64,000 nucleotides of DNA, taken from positions 6,712,707 through 6,776,706 of the forward strand of contig OZ037767.1 in NCBI GenBank assembly GCA_964035545.1. Direction: 5' to 3'. The notes beneath the pieces were generated by a model. That model searched no databases. It was given only the letters and a program-made list of their open reading frames with translations, and was not told the origin of the DNA. The stretch is from Bugula neritina (lineage: Eukaryota; Animalia; Bryozoa). The first letter of the stretch is position 1, and each line of letters starts with the position of its first letter. The translations under genes and the position numbers were made by a program. Below, one piece after another: positions 1 to 19,845 of this stretch.

Positions 1-135
1 ATTGTCAACACTCAAAGCGATAAGTTTTATAGAATATAATAACTAATTTGAATATATATATACTTTTAATTTCTACATATCATGTATCTAATCATCAAAG
101 TAAAAGGTTTGAAAATTTCTCATAAATTTATGAAC

Positions 136-1134
136 AAAACTCACTCATACAAGGTTATAGTCACTATCCCTGTGAGAAATCTTTGATGGAAAGGGTTTGT
201 TCTTTAAGTGGGCTAAGGACTTATTTAGATAAGACACAAAAGCAATTATGACTAGATGCTCTTCCTGACCTCACCGATGACCTTGTCCGCCCCGACTCAT
301 GACTTTCACGGGCTTTCCATGTACCGATCTCAGATCGATCTCGCTGAGATCGATCTGAGAAATGGGCTCAGATCGATCGTTTTTCCATGAGAGTGTCAGA
401 TCGATCTCGCCGAAGTTACCTCCTCTTAAGTGAAGGATACTTTAAAAGTATAATTTGTTAACCTATTTGAGTGATTAAAAAGCTACTACTGTTGAAAACA
501 AGATGGTCGTAGTCTAAAATTTAATCCCAGCTATAAACTATACGCAGCAAAGCTTTCAGTGTATGGTAATTTAGCCAATTTAAAATAATTAATTTTAATT
601 TTTTAGCTTGACAGCTTATATAAAATTAATGGCTGTCTTGCAGATTATTAATAAACTTACAGGACTGTTAGGCTTAAAATTACAAAGAAAATAGCTAATG
701 AAACTAAGTTTCAATAGTCATATAAATTCAATTTAAATTCTCCCATTTTTTTACCTTCTACTGCATATAATTGAGTTTTCTTAATCATTGTACTGAAGGT
801 CAGAGTTTTTGGCATCTGAAAAGGTGGTTTCCATAATTATTTAATACTTTGCTCAGTAATTATCAATAAGTTATCATTTTTATTAGCAGACAACATTGTA
901 GCGCGCAGTCTTTTTCTACTTCTCAGATCGATCTGGCGTCTTTCCATGGTCTTATTGACATGAGATCGATCTGAGTTCGAGCTCTACAGACCGACCAGCT
1001 CAGATCGACGGAGATCGATCTTTGGCGTCTTTCCATGGATCGATCTCGCTGAGATCGGTACATGGAAAGCCGGTGTTTGTGCTATGCAAACGCTCTAACC
1101 CCTAACCTCTAACCCCTAGACCACAGCTGCTCCC
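136..1134 (-). mobile_element. tRNA-derived SINE copy, interrupted by a MITE at 307-1075
   Basis: With the MITE removed, the reverse complement reads ...GGGGTTAGAGCGTTTG...CACAAAGTC...GGTGAGGTCAGGAAGAGCATCTAGTCATAATTGC...CACAGGGATAGTGACTATAA. This is homologous to the copies at 32157-32356 and 35738-35925. Confidence 0.75.
307..1075. mobile_element. Non-autonomous TIR element (MITE) with CAC...GTG ends, CMC (CACTA/Chapaev)-like
   Basis: 27-bp TIR CAC(G/C)GGCTTTCCATGTACCGATCTCAG with 1 mismatch. 3-bp TSD TTT at 304-306 and 1076-1078. About 9 subterminal AGATCGATCT-type palindromes at the two ends. Confidence 0.88.
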
Positions 1135-1429
1135 ATTGAACTAGAAACTATATAAACTATATAGTTTCAGTTCAGTTCAGTTTAACTCTCTTCACAAATT
1201 TATGTACAAAGATGGTTCAAATTAAAGTTTTCAATAACCACTTATAAACAACACACTAAAAATATATAATATGTATTAGTTGCAAGTGCTATATAGTATG
1301 CAACAGAAAAATACATTATTTGCTCAAGAGTCTGTAGCAAACTTCTACTATATAAACAATGATGCAATTTGGGATGAGATAAAATTGTCATCCTTTAATA
1401 TTAAAAACTCTTCTGTTAGGAGCACTTAC

Positions 1430-4400
1430 CTTGTCACTGATGTAGCCCATCACTGGGGCCAAGAGAGCATATATCCCTGAAGCTACAGTAAACAGCAAAC
1501 CTATTTGTGGTATGGATATGTTTGGAAACTAAAAAGAGATATTTCAAATGTGAGAATCAGTTAGGTTTTTATTCAATTTGTTTGTTTTTTGCAAAAATTT
1601 ATTCATTTAAAGCTCTACCTCAAGATTCAAGGGTAAATATTTTTAAATGTCAAAGCATACTACTACGGTACTGAACACTCTTTGTTCTAGCTTAGAGTCA
1701 ATTTAATGTACATCAAGAATTGACAATACTGATATAATTAGCATTGCTTAATAAGAGTGAAGTTGTGAATTTGGAAAACTTTTGTGCAGTAATATTTAGC
1801 TCACTAAATTTATGTGTAGATTGGTGGAATAATTGTTACTTTCATGCAATAACTTTTATCGATATATTAAATGACTAGTAGAATTTTTTTGTTCTGAAAC
1901 TAATTTTTATACTAATTAATAAAAATGTAAATTTTGTGAAACATTATTGTACAAACTTATATATAATTGCTTTAAAAAATAGATTACCTAGACATTATAT
2001 AAAATGTGTGCTAAAAGTAGCATAACTGAATAAACTGTATACTGTGTGTAGTATTATACAAACTCACAGTTGCTTTCATAAATGGGCTAAAGGTTGGACC
2101 TAGGTAGCTTAATGACATTCCACAGCTGACCATTAATATGTATAGGACAGAACACCCAGGTATTTTTAGTAGAGTAAATACATTCACATTCAGTTGCTGC
2201 ACTTCCTCTACAAAATATGCAACACATGGATATAAAGAAAGTGTGAATAATGAATATGAAAAAAAAAGAATTTTAATAACAGATGCACAACACTGCCTCT
2301 AGTCATAATAATATTATATAGTAATTATTTTGAATTTGGTTATTCAAATTCCATACACTGTAGTTATCTACGCAATATTGAAACAATAGCTAAAAGTGAC
2401 ATCGAAATTACAGCTATGCATAATAGAACTGTAGAGTTGTCTTCCAATATCAATCGAGTGTGGGAGATAACTGTAGCCTTAAAAGATAAGATAGAGTTTC
2501 AAGAATAAATACATACGTAACAATAATGACTCTAAGAATGTTCTCATGCAGTCGAGATTGTATATAATGAGTATATGAGAAACAAAATTAGGAGTAACAG
2601 TACATCAACTAACAGATCTAACTGCCTATTCAACAAAGTTCTATGGCCATCAGCAAATGGATGCTTTTTGACAGCATATTAAGTGAAGTAATTAGTAAAT
2701 TTGGCACTGCGTGTACTAGAGATAACAAAGTAAACTTAGCAATTTTATGTAATTTTATTTGGAGATTCCGCTAACTCACTTTATACCAGCTGAAAGAGAA
2801 AGCAACTCTACTAATTACCTGTTTACTATAGCTAAAATAAAATATTACATATTATACAAAGATTAATAAACTAACCTATTTTAGGCAGCGTGAAGTATGA
2901 AACCACTGAGCAGCTCCAAACAAACCCTCCGATTACTTCAAATGGCAGCAAAAATCCTCCAACCTATAAAATTTTTAAGAAAAACATAGCATACAAAGAG
3001 TAGTTATAGAAAGCTGTAGTGTTGAGTTTACCTAGTGACTCCCGTGGTGTAATGGTAGCACAAGCTTGCTGGCAAGCCAGAGGACTTGGGGGGGGGGGCA
3101 ATTATTTTTTAAAAGCTATGATACAAATAATAATTCAGACTAATTTATTTCTTGAAGCTTTTACTATGGTGTCATCCCAGATAGACATTATTTATTTATA
3201 ATAATTTGATGTAGCTTTGTTTGAGCTTTCATCAGCACTGCTTGTGTTGAGTACATGCTCAAATAGTAATGGCGCTATATCTTGAAGATTACCATTAGTG
3301 CCATTTCTTTCAGTTTATTACATCTATATATTTGCTATAGAAATCAAACCAGTAAATAGAATAGTAGATATATTATATATAATTAGGTCTTTCCAACAAA
3401 AGAACAGCATGAATTACCCAAATACTTAAATTATTATTTGTAGGGCTTTGAGACACAGTGGAGATGAAATATTAAGGGCTACCTTCTTCGACTTTGCCCA
3501 AATATGTCCTGCAGAGTCAAAAGTAGTTACATTTATTTTTGCTATAGAGGTTATTGTTGCACGTATGCATGTCCAGATGCTAATTTTGGTATGAAAAACA
3601 AAAATTATTGCTAATTGTTGTTAAAAAGTGCAAGATACATAAATCATAATATAACAGAGGTTTTGCTTTTTAGTGCTGAATAACTAAACCGTACTAATGC
3701 TAACACTGTTGGGCGGAAACATGCAACTTTGATGTCACTCAACTTTCTAAATTTTGGTTTAGCTTTTAGATTTAAAGCTTGATAGTTTTATTTTACAGAT
3801 TTATAGCTTCAAATAGCACCAGTATCTGAATACATATTATGCAACCCAACTGATCTACCTAGCATGTCTTGAACTAATCTTTTATTAGCTTTTATTAGCA
3901 AAATGAATAATAAATTGCAACTTGAAAAGTTCTATAGAATAAATAGAAAAATATTTTCGTGCCTGTTAGGTAACACCTTCCAGATTTTCTGTTTTCTACT
4001 CTCATCATCAATAATTTATATAAACATAAAAATATTCTAGATATATATGGATGCGGTTTAGATATAATCAAAGATTTTAATTAGTATAGAAACAATTTTG
4101 AACAATAGCAAGTTTAAATGGAAGTATCTTAAGTTTATAATAGCAAAGCATATTGGGAAATATTAGGAATGCTAGTAAGCAAGGATGTTAAGCAAAATAA
4201 CACAATCAATTTATGCTGTTTTATGCCAGCTGTTGTTTGGGCATGTGGCTTGTTATTCTAATTACCCAGGCTGACCAGTTCTCAGTTTATGCTGTTTAGA
4301 CGTGATTATAGAAACTGTAGAAATTTTATATAGGTAGGGAAGTCAGCAAGCTTCAGAAAGCAATTAGCTTTTATATGCTTTTGTACTTTGATTGTAATTT

Positions 4401-7400
4401 TAGTTTTCTTAAGACAGTTTAATTAGCATATAGTTATATTTTGTAAATGCAGTAGACTTGTCATTATATTTTATGGAGTTTACTAAATGTCATATCATCT
4501 ATGTATATATTTGTGTTTGGGGTTTGTTGTAACATAATACTATAATATATGCTTTTAGATATCGTGGTCAATTGGTATAAATAAAACTATTACTACACAA
4601 TCATTGAATTTACTTTATCTTATATATATATAATATAAATGGTAAACATAGATTAGTGCTATAACAACCTTACAACAACTAGTTTGCATCATAAACTATA
4701 ACCATGCATCTAATATAAGTTTATCAGTTCACATGGACTTAGAGCCTACAAGAATTAACATACAACTTGGAAGTAGTTTAAACATCTTAGGGTACTGGCA
4801 GTGAGTGAACTCTTCAAAGATAAACTGTAAGACTGAGAGTCATGTTTAGTCAGAATTTTAGGATTGCAACTTTGATATAATAGTTTAACTTACATCGTAC
4901 AATGCTCCACCAATGGCTGGACCCAATACTAATCCAATTCCACAAAAAGTTTCTATAATGCCCTACAATATGAATATGTAGAAAAAGTAACATAGCAATT
5001 TTTTGGCTTCAGTTACACTTTTCTTTATGCTTGTAGCTAATAATGTCTACCCAGTAAACAGTTCTTCCCCAAAGATTTTTATTTCCAACCGTCCATAACT
5101 AGCCCCTGCTGCAGCATGCTTAAGTTAACCTAAAATATTAGTTGCATTATAGAACAACCCTGAATATAACAGGACAGTTTGTAGTTAGCTAATCTGTCTG
5201 ATTTGATTACTAATATTACTACTCTTTCTACTCGAAGATTCTATAACTAGTGTGATGATGTTTTACATGTTTATGCAAGACTTGTAAGATTCACACATCA
5301 CTGTATTTTACAATTTTTGCTGCTAGGGTTAAAGTGCAAGTCTAAGTGCAATCTGTCCCATGACATTCCCTTAAGGCTTTAAATTTGAAACTTCATGGAT
5401 TCCAATATAAGATTTTATTTTGTGAAAGCAGCTTAGGAACCATGCCCATCAGTTTTTTATATTCAAATTAGGTTTCAACTAGAAAAAAATTCACAAAACT
5501 AAAAAGCAGACACTAATTAGTGACTCACTATTGCTTTGCCGACATCATGTGGGAAAGTTGCTGCCATAATAGAATAGGCAGCAGTCATCATCATGGCTGC
5601 TCCATTTGCTTCTATTGATCTGCATAGGAAGCACATGGCAATGTAGACTGGCCCATCTGGTGCTCTATCTAGAAACCTGTCATAATTTTATAGATTTGTG
5701 GTTTAAAGTACTTTATGAATATTGCATACTTTACACATGGTGTGGTATATATCATGGTAAAATTATGGCTTTTACAGATGTTTGCCGACTTTGGTGTTTT
5801 TATACTGCAGTCAGAACACATGCACTAGTGTAACTAATAGGCTGCAATAACTATTAAATGACTGTTGTTTTATTTATGTAAATTTTTAATATATTTTCTT
5901 TCTGTTCCAATTGCTTACCCGAAGGCTAGTCCACACCCACCAAATATAAAAGACCCAGAGAGGTACATATATTTGGCTCCAACCTTTTGAATCTGTAAGC
6001 AACACCAAGGAACAAGTAAATACAAATTTAGAAGATCCGTACGACTATGAGAAGTGCATGTCTTGCTTTTTTGGACATATTTCATAAGTGAACACTGGCT
6101 ATGTGCATTTATTGTTATAAAGTGACTCAATTAAAGCTGCCAATTTGATGAAAGCATCGGAGTGACTTTTTCTAACGTGTTTGGAGCACAAGCTTTACTT
6201 ACAATAGATCCATATATGGGAGATGTTACAAATATTACTAGTTGATAAACACCAAACACCAATCCAACCACAGTAGGGTCAGCTCCTTTCTTGGCTGCTT
6301 CACTCGGATAAAATGGAGCAATGATGCCGGAAGCAACAGCTTGTGCTAAACTCATCAGTGAAAGTGTGGCTGCAATGAGTATCTGCCTTTTTGTCCATTT
6401 TGTCCTGTTATCCGTATCTATAATCAAAATGATGAAATAATTAAGATACACTGCGTGCAATATTTTATGTTTTTCAATTTTTTACAGTTTATTGCTTGCA
6501 AGTTTGAAGCTTTTGAATAATTATCTTCTTCAAACTGAGAAGTGACTACCAAAATTGATTGGTATTGCCGTAGCATAATCACTGCAAGATTTCACCTTCT
6601 ACCTAGTGCTAGAGTTACACACTACAGGAAAAACAAGTTGTTTCCGCTTCAGTAAGCTCTTACAGTTTTAAATAAAATTTGCATAAAAACCTAAACTTTT
6701 TAAATTTGATTAATAAAGAAAACAATAAGCCTAGTTCACTACCTACCACAGCTTTTCATATCATTGTAACATTCCCCAGTCTTGTTTCGTATACTTTGTA
6801 ACATGTTCTATACAAATTTACACTTTTGTTCAAGCAGTCAATTGCCAAAATTAACATAATTTCAAATCCTAGTTAATAAAACTAAATAATGTTTACAAAA
6901 GTGAAATTAACTCAAACTGGAAATGTATGTCAAGTATAGGTTACTTTTCTGTTAGTTTATATCTTCATCTGATGTGGCTATACAATTTCTTGCTGGCTCT
7001 ACTAGTCAGATTAATACAAAAACTATTTGTTAAGAGTTTAAAGTTTTACCAAGTAGTTGTAACAGAAGTTCTTGGTAAACCAATATCACCAAGCATAGAT
7101 GGAGTTCGTAATGGAGAAATTGAGAAAAGCCTTTTTTCTAGACTATAGAAATGTAGCAAAGGAATTTATATATCTGTGCAAATTTCAACTCACATCCCAT
7201 ACTTCAATCATTTAATAAATTAAAAAAATTCAGCTGTTAAAGTTTCTCCACTTCCACGCATAAACTACACCGAACTTCAAATCTACCATTGAAATTTAGT
7301 TCAATAAGAATTAGTATCTCTGTATGGAGGTATGATAGTTGTAACTACGACATGCAAGGCAGCCATCAGCTTTATGGAAACCGAAGAGAAAGTAACTTTA

Positions 7401-7508
7401 CTTACTTGTAGATGTAGCTTCTAAATGAGATGAGTCACTCTGGATAGAGCCGGGGCTTTCAGTAGGTATTAGTAAGGTTCTCTCACTGCTTGAGCTAGGG
7501 CCCATCAT
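1430..7508 (-). CDS. SLC18B1: MFS vesicular polyamine transporter SLC18B1-like, paralog A (3'-partial; later exons lie left of the window)
   Basis: Eight GT-AG exons in continuous frame: 7406-7508, 6203-6417, 5919-5992, 5529-5676, 4894-4962, 2876-2963, 2068-2207, 1430-1528. Motifs IIAPFYPSEAAKKGA, GLVFGVYQLVIFVTSPIYG, LGPAIGG and GGFLLPF match the SLC18B1 family. Exons 2-8 are the same lengths as in paralog B. Confidence 0.9.
3033..3108 (+). repeat. Degenerate tRNA-derived short repeat (second family)
   Basis: A-box-like GTGGTGTAATGGTAG. Similar to 13428-13517 and ends in the same AATTATTTT. Confidence 0.45.
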
Positions 7509-9074
7509 GAAGACTACTACTTGACTATCTGTCAAGCTGTGAAGTTGCTTTCATTGTATTCATATCTATTGTTGGGGAACTGTAGAAATATAGCGTCAGT
7601 CATTACTGTTAGCATAAGTTCATGGTGCTGAGCATAGTACATTAATAAAGATTAAGAAGCTGCAACTATAACTGCATGCAATGTTATTTAGTAATGAATG
7701 AATGAGTCATGTGTCTATAAATAAAGTTTGTATATAATACAAGTTTTCATCAGCCGTAAATTTCTAGGTACTTAAGTACTCACACATAGTGTAAATATCT
7801 GCATATGTTTATAGTGCAATAAGTATTATAGTGTTTAACATTAATATTTTTTAATGACCATGCAAGGAAAAATTATAGGAACACAAGAATGACAATAAAT
7901 ATAAATTTCTTTTTCAGCCTTTGAATAATTTGAACAATAATGATAAATGTCATGTATGGTTTTAAAAACATCAAATAAAGTATGCATCAAATTTCCGGTA
8001 GCTGGGAATTTTTTCAACTGCATTATGGGTAGAAACACTCGCACATATAAATATTTGTAAATTGTATTGTTATATTTATAGTACAATATATAGTGAATTT
8101 GTAACTAGTTTGAACAATTATTTATGTAAAGCTTTGCTTTTGGTGTCGATATTTTGCCCTCTCAACTGCGGGTTTTGCAGTTGAATTAAATCAAAGCATT
8201 TAGACTATGTACAAGTTCGACTGTCTTCAAAAGTGCCATTTTCTTTTGCAGATGGACATGTTCAGCTTGCATTTTATAAATATAAATTTTATATAAGAAA
8301 TGCAAGCAGTGTATATAGTATATCTTGTGGCAAAACCTGTCCACTAAGCAGAGCATTTCAGCTGTTGTAAGCCAAAATGATAAATATATTATAGTTGTAA
8401 ACCACAGGATGATTGGCAGTTTCCATCAACGACTCTGTTATCAAACCGTCAACCAAAGGTTCTATAATATTATGATTGTGTACAGTACAATTGATAAACA
8501 TTGTAGTGCATTTGTTTGATATATGGTTTCTAGCTTTTATAGCCTACACTGTACATAATCCAAGTTTGAATTTGCATTTATATGCCTTCACATCTACAAA
8601 GTTATTTTGGCTCAAGGGACAATTTCAATAGTGAAGTTTTTACACTATATGGAACAAAGTTCTCAAAATCATCTTTTCCGATTATTTTCTCATCCAGATT
8701 TTAATATACTCGTACTTAATTAGCTGTAAGTGTTTCACTACTTAACAGTTCAACTATTATTACATGTTTACAGAATTTACGCCTATATAAGCACCTACTG
8801 CTCCTCAATGTAAAAGTGTAAAGATATAATATATTTTTGGAAACACTTTATTATTGCAACCGAAATTAAAGTTTATAAGCTAAAATATTATCTCAACAGA
8901 TGACAAAACCAGTGTATAAAAATATATAAATATAATATTAAAATAAAATCATTATTATACTGTAGTTAATATCAGAAAAGTGAACAGCTTTCCAGTTGGG
9001 ACAAATTCAAACTGAAACATTTTAGTCAGCATTGAATAGTCAGTTGTTTTGATTGCAGCCACAACATTAGATAA

Positions 9075-15150
<6,076 letters not shown>

Positions 15151-16023
15151 AGCTACAGATTACTTGACTCTATCATAACAGGTAAATTTATAGACTATTT
15201 GCATTTATTTTTATTGTACTGAAAGCATGATCAACTACTGAGCTAATCCTCACATGTAACAAATGAAGCAAAGCAAAGCCTATTGCAGCAGATAATGCAA
15301 CTCTATGCTGTTGCATCAAAAGGTCATTAAGCGGCTGTCACAAAAGGTCAGCAAATAAAGCAGGCCATTTAATCATATCAGCGTTTTCTATTGTTATATT
15401 TATGGTTAGCTGTCCGGGATAAGCTAAATATTTCAGGCACGTTTTTATTTCACTCTATCTCTACAAGGCATACACATGCAGATTTTGATCAGCCAGTAGC
15501 TGTATATACTATATAGCTACTACTTAAGCATTTTCGCATATTGTGAAACTTCAGTATATAAGCTGTGCTTATCCTGTTTATGCTGCTGTGAATCACGTCG
15601 GCTTCGTTAGACCTTTAGAGCTGTAGACTACACGTGCTAAGTGAAATATAACCCTAATAATCTTGAAGTTTAAGTTCAGTGCTAGCAAATGTTGATGACC
15701 CTTTTGCAATAACCCCAAGATAATTAGCTTGCAATAAGGAGTTGTGGCCCCCAGCAAGTACATACAACTCCAGTAAAATAATATTACATTAATTGATGCT
15801 TATCCCATTCAGGCAAAATTTCACAAAAATATTTAGCAGTCATTATTTAACTTTTTATACTTGTATAGTTAAGTTTTTTGTCTGTTACCACAACTAAGTG
15901 TAGTAGCAGATGTCTGTTACCACAGTAAAGTGTAATTTTACATCTGTTACTACAGCCAAATGTAGTAACAGCACCATTGGTTGACAAGTCTTTACTTTTA
16001 TACCTCTTGAATGGCAAATAATA

Positions 16024-19000
16024 TGTGACCAGTCGCGACAAAACCGGGGATGTGGCGGCGTTTATTAAGTGTAGTAAATGAAGGTTTAATTTGGAAATAC
16101 TTAAATTTGAAATTAATTTCCGATTTTTAGATTTTAGACTTTTCTAATGCAAAGAAATATAGGGATTTCAAAAATCATACTTTCGTAAGCATTTGATGAT
16201 TCCTTCAGCTCTAAAATTGCGTTTAAAGTTGGTAACTAAGGCTTTCAATTTTTTAAATGATGAAAAAATTGCGAAGTTATCGATTAAAGAAAGAAGACAA
16301 TTTTAGTCACTTTAATAACATGAGATCTTGCAAATTTATTTTTTATCAAATGAATTTAGCTTACACCTCTTTCTTCGTACTGTCAGAAGCATCATATTTA
16401 AAATCGAAGGCTAGTTTTAGTTTTTCATCGTGTTCCATCCAAAGTTAGCTTTTAAGTTACTGAGCTGTTTTGCCCTTTGGTGATAAATGCTGAACTTAAT
16501 CTTTATCTTTAGCGTTCGAGCTTGAAAACCACAACAATACAGGTAATTATACTCAAAACAATCATTTACGCTACTAACTTAGAATTGTTGCCAGGATTAT
16601 TTGTAGTTATCAATTTAATAATATTTATACTATCACTAGCCTAGTGACTAGGAGTAGGAGTATGTCTTAGTCTATTCTATTCTATACTACTACTAGTAAC
16701 TATTTAAATGACTTTCACTATGACTCACAGTTTGAGGTACGGTTACTCATAATGATAATCATAATGACTATTATTCATGATTTACTGATACTGGTATTTG
16801 GTAGTAAAACCAAATGTAACTCATTAATATTAATACTAATAGTATAACTATAAGTATAAGTATAACTATAACTGTATAAGTATAAGTAATTAATAATTAT
16901 AAATTCACTATTACTATTACTATTAGTATTACTATTACTTATTACTTATAGTTATTAGTATTACTGTATTAGTATTTGGGTCTGACTCTGAGTTTTGCCT
17001 TTGCTATTAAAACTTGATACTCATACTGATAGTATTATATTTATTGATTTATTCTATAGTTGATATTTCAATTTACATTAGACTTACTCTTACTCTTAGT
17101 AACTTTTAGCCTCTGTCTTAGATTTTGTCAATACAGTTACTGATTACTATTACTATTAGTATTAACATTAGGCCTACTAGTACTAGTCAAACTACCGGTT
17201 CCTTTTGTGATTTTTAATTTAGCTCAAAGTTTGATTTAAAATATAATGATAAAATCTTTATCACATTATGCAGGCTTACAGTTAGTGTTACTATCAAAAC
17301 TCAATTGATAATCATATTTATATTGATAAAAGCATCACCTATAACCAAATTGAAATGATAAATGTGACTAAATGTAAATGATTATAATGATGAAATATTA
17401 ATGCGAGTTCATGATGATTCTATAGTTGACTGACTTAGTTTTTCAGTAAGTTACTTTTAGTCTTATTTAGTGAGTAGTAACACTAACTGAATGCATAAAT
17501 AGTCTAAACTTTTTAATTTTATTATAAGATGAGCAAAAATTTATTCATATTTTAAAGTAATTCATTGAATTCAAATTGATTTTATAGTAAATGTCTCTAA
17601 TAGATTCAGTTGCACTTAGCTAGCTTTTTTACTCAATTAAATGCCTGAGTGGTTAATAGTTATCTAAAGACATTGCTTCAAAATTGCCAATTGCAAATAT
17701 GCTAGATATTCAAGTGCATAATGTGTAATTTTACTGATAATACTATGTTAATATAGAATAATCCGATATTCTGTACATTTTAGAAAGTGCACTTGTGAGG
17801 GCATTAGAGTGAAGACTTATACCTACACAACTCTACTACCTATCAATCTAATACTTCTAATGTAGACACTCCGAATTTTTGCTTGCAAGGTTATGGCTTC
17901 TGCTTATTTCATTTATAAAAAGGTTTGCAGTCTTTTAATGATGTGCTTGAAAATTATCAAGCATTTTTTTAATTTAAATTGTTCTGTTTAATTCAATAAA
18001 TTTAAACGTTGATGAAATGCAGGATCACAATTAACTACTGCCATAATAGTACTACAAGAGTGTTTAGCCAACTAAATTTTTATAATATAACTGGGTATAA
18101 TTTCTAATCAAGCTACCGTTTCCTTTTGTTATTTAAAAAAAGTCAACATTGTACTTTCAGCTCTGGAATAGACAATAAGTGGGTAGATTTGCAGGATGGA
18201 GGTCAAGTAGCAGCATCTATAATTGCTAGAAAATCAACTGATGATAGTGATGAAGCTTTTGCCACACACATGATGTTATGTGTCCATACTCCGTAAACTC
18301 ATATTACGAAGACCAAGAAAGTAGAAAGATGATAAGTGCCTTCTCTGCAAAAACCGTAGAAGCTATCTAATTTTCTTTTCTTGATAAGAGTTAATTCAAG
18401 CATAATGGTTGTATCCAGGCTGGATTTTTTACTGCATTTAATTGGTTTTTTAAAATAATGTATTTGATGTTTTAAATGTGAATATTAATGCCTAATAAAA
18501 CTCAAAAGTTCTAATAGCTGATTTTATGTTTATAATATTTTCAATATCTCAGCCAAATCAATTGCTAAATTTAGTTGCTGTTAGAGATTATAAAGATATT
18601 TATGAATGAACCTCGCATGATCTCATAATAGTCAAATAATTTTCTCATAAGTGTTCTACTCATAGAGCAATAATTATGAAACAGCACAGCTCAATAGCTG
18701 CAGTTTGATATATTACAGAATATATTAGAGGAAAGGGAGGTATTCAATGTATAAGAGGAAGCAGCTGCCATTTTGTTTTATATGATTTTCTGCTGACTTT
18801 GATACCTAATTTAAATATCTCAACACACAAACTTGCTGAAACATCTTCTTTGCTGGAATTGTTAAACCTTTCAACCATTAAACAAAGTAAAAAGCAAATT
18901 GACAAATAAATTAGACAAAAAGTTTGGCGGCCATATTTGACCTAATTTTATGTTGAGGCAGCATGAAATTTAGTTTAACAGAAAGCCCAAACTTTCACAA

Positions 19001-19308
19001 TTATTTTGATACCAAATTTGTCACTATTCCTATTATACAAAGACCCGTTGCTAAGGCTTGTAAATTGTAAACAAATAATTCTCAACTTATTCTAGAGTTG
19101 CCAACTTTAAACGCGATTTTCTCGAAACAGTAATTTAGAAATTCTAAAAACGTTAAGGTTTTTAAATACTGATATCTCGAGTTCTATTTATGCTAGAGAC
19201 TTCAAATAAAGTGCAAAATGTTCAAAAATGTCTGCTCTATCACTCCATAGTAATAACTAGGTATCCAACATTTTATATACATCCCTTGTTTTGTGGTGCC
19301 AGGTCACA
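16024..19308. mobile_element. 3.3-kb non-autonomous DNA transposon with long imperfect TIRs and TA flanks
   Basis: Left end TGTGACCAGTCGCGACAAAACCGGGGATGT versus right end (reverse complement) TGTGACCTGGCACCACAAAACAAGGGATGT. A second inverted block, AAAAT(T/C)GCGTTTAAAGTTGG(T/C)AACT, lies at 16213-16237 and 19096-19120, 189 and 188 bp from each end. TA on both sides; no transposase ORF. Confidence 0.8.
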
Positions 19309-19845
19309 TATATTGGACTGATGCATTTATATTTAAGAGCAGCATTTTATTGTGTGTTTTTCTTTGGAATTATTCTGCACAAAACATACTATAAAACTAC
19401 AATTATATAAAAAATAATGTTATTCTAAATTAAGGTTATCAAAATAAGCAGTAATTCAAAATTATTATCATATGTACCTGATAAAGCTGCTTACACGCAG
19501 AAACTTGTTTTTAAGTTATGATAGAATATCATGAGATACAACGCTAATACTACTTGTAAATGACCAAAATTGCAAATTGTAGTAAACTTATAATAGGAAC
19601 TATACAAGCTATATATAATTACTAACACAATAAACTCTTTTTCCAAAACATAGTTGCACCAACAGTTCAGGATTGCAGGTTAAATAACAAAGAACCGAGG
19701 CTACAAATATTCCATGTTTTGAAAATGCGTCCTTACCAACTAACCTTTAAATGCAAATATAACAGATGAACCAAGGTATAAAATATGTAACTGATTATAT
19801 AAATACAAAACTGACATAGAATAAGGCTAACATTAAGAATTGTGA

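Noticed and set aside
1093-1119. Telomere-like CTAACCCCTAACC
   Set aside because: A short local duplication within the SINE's tRNA-derived head, not a TTAGGG array.
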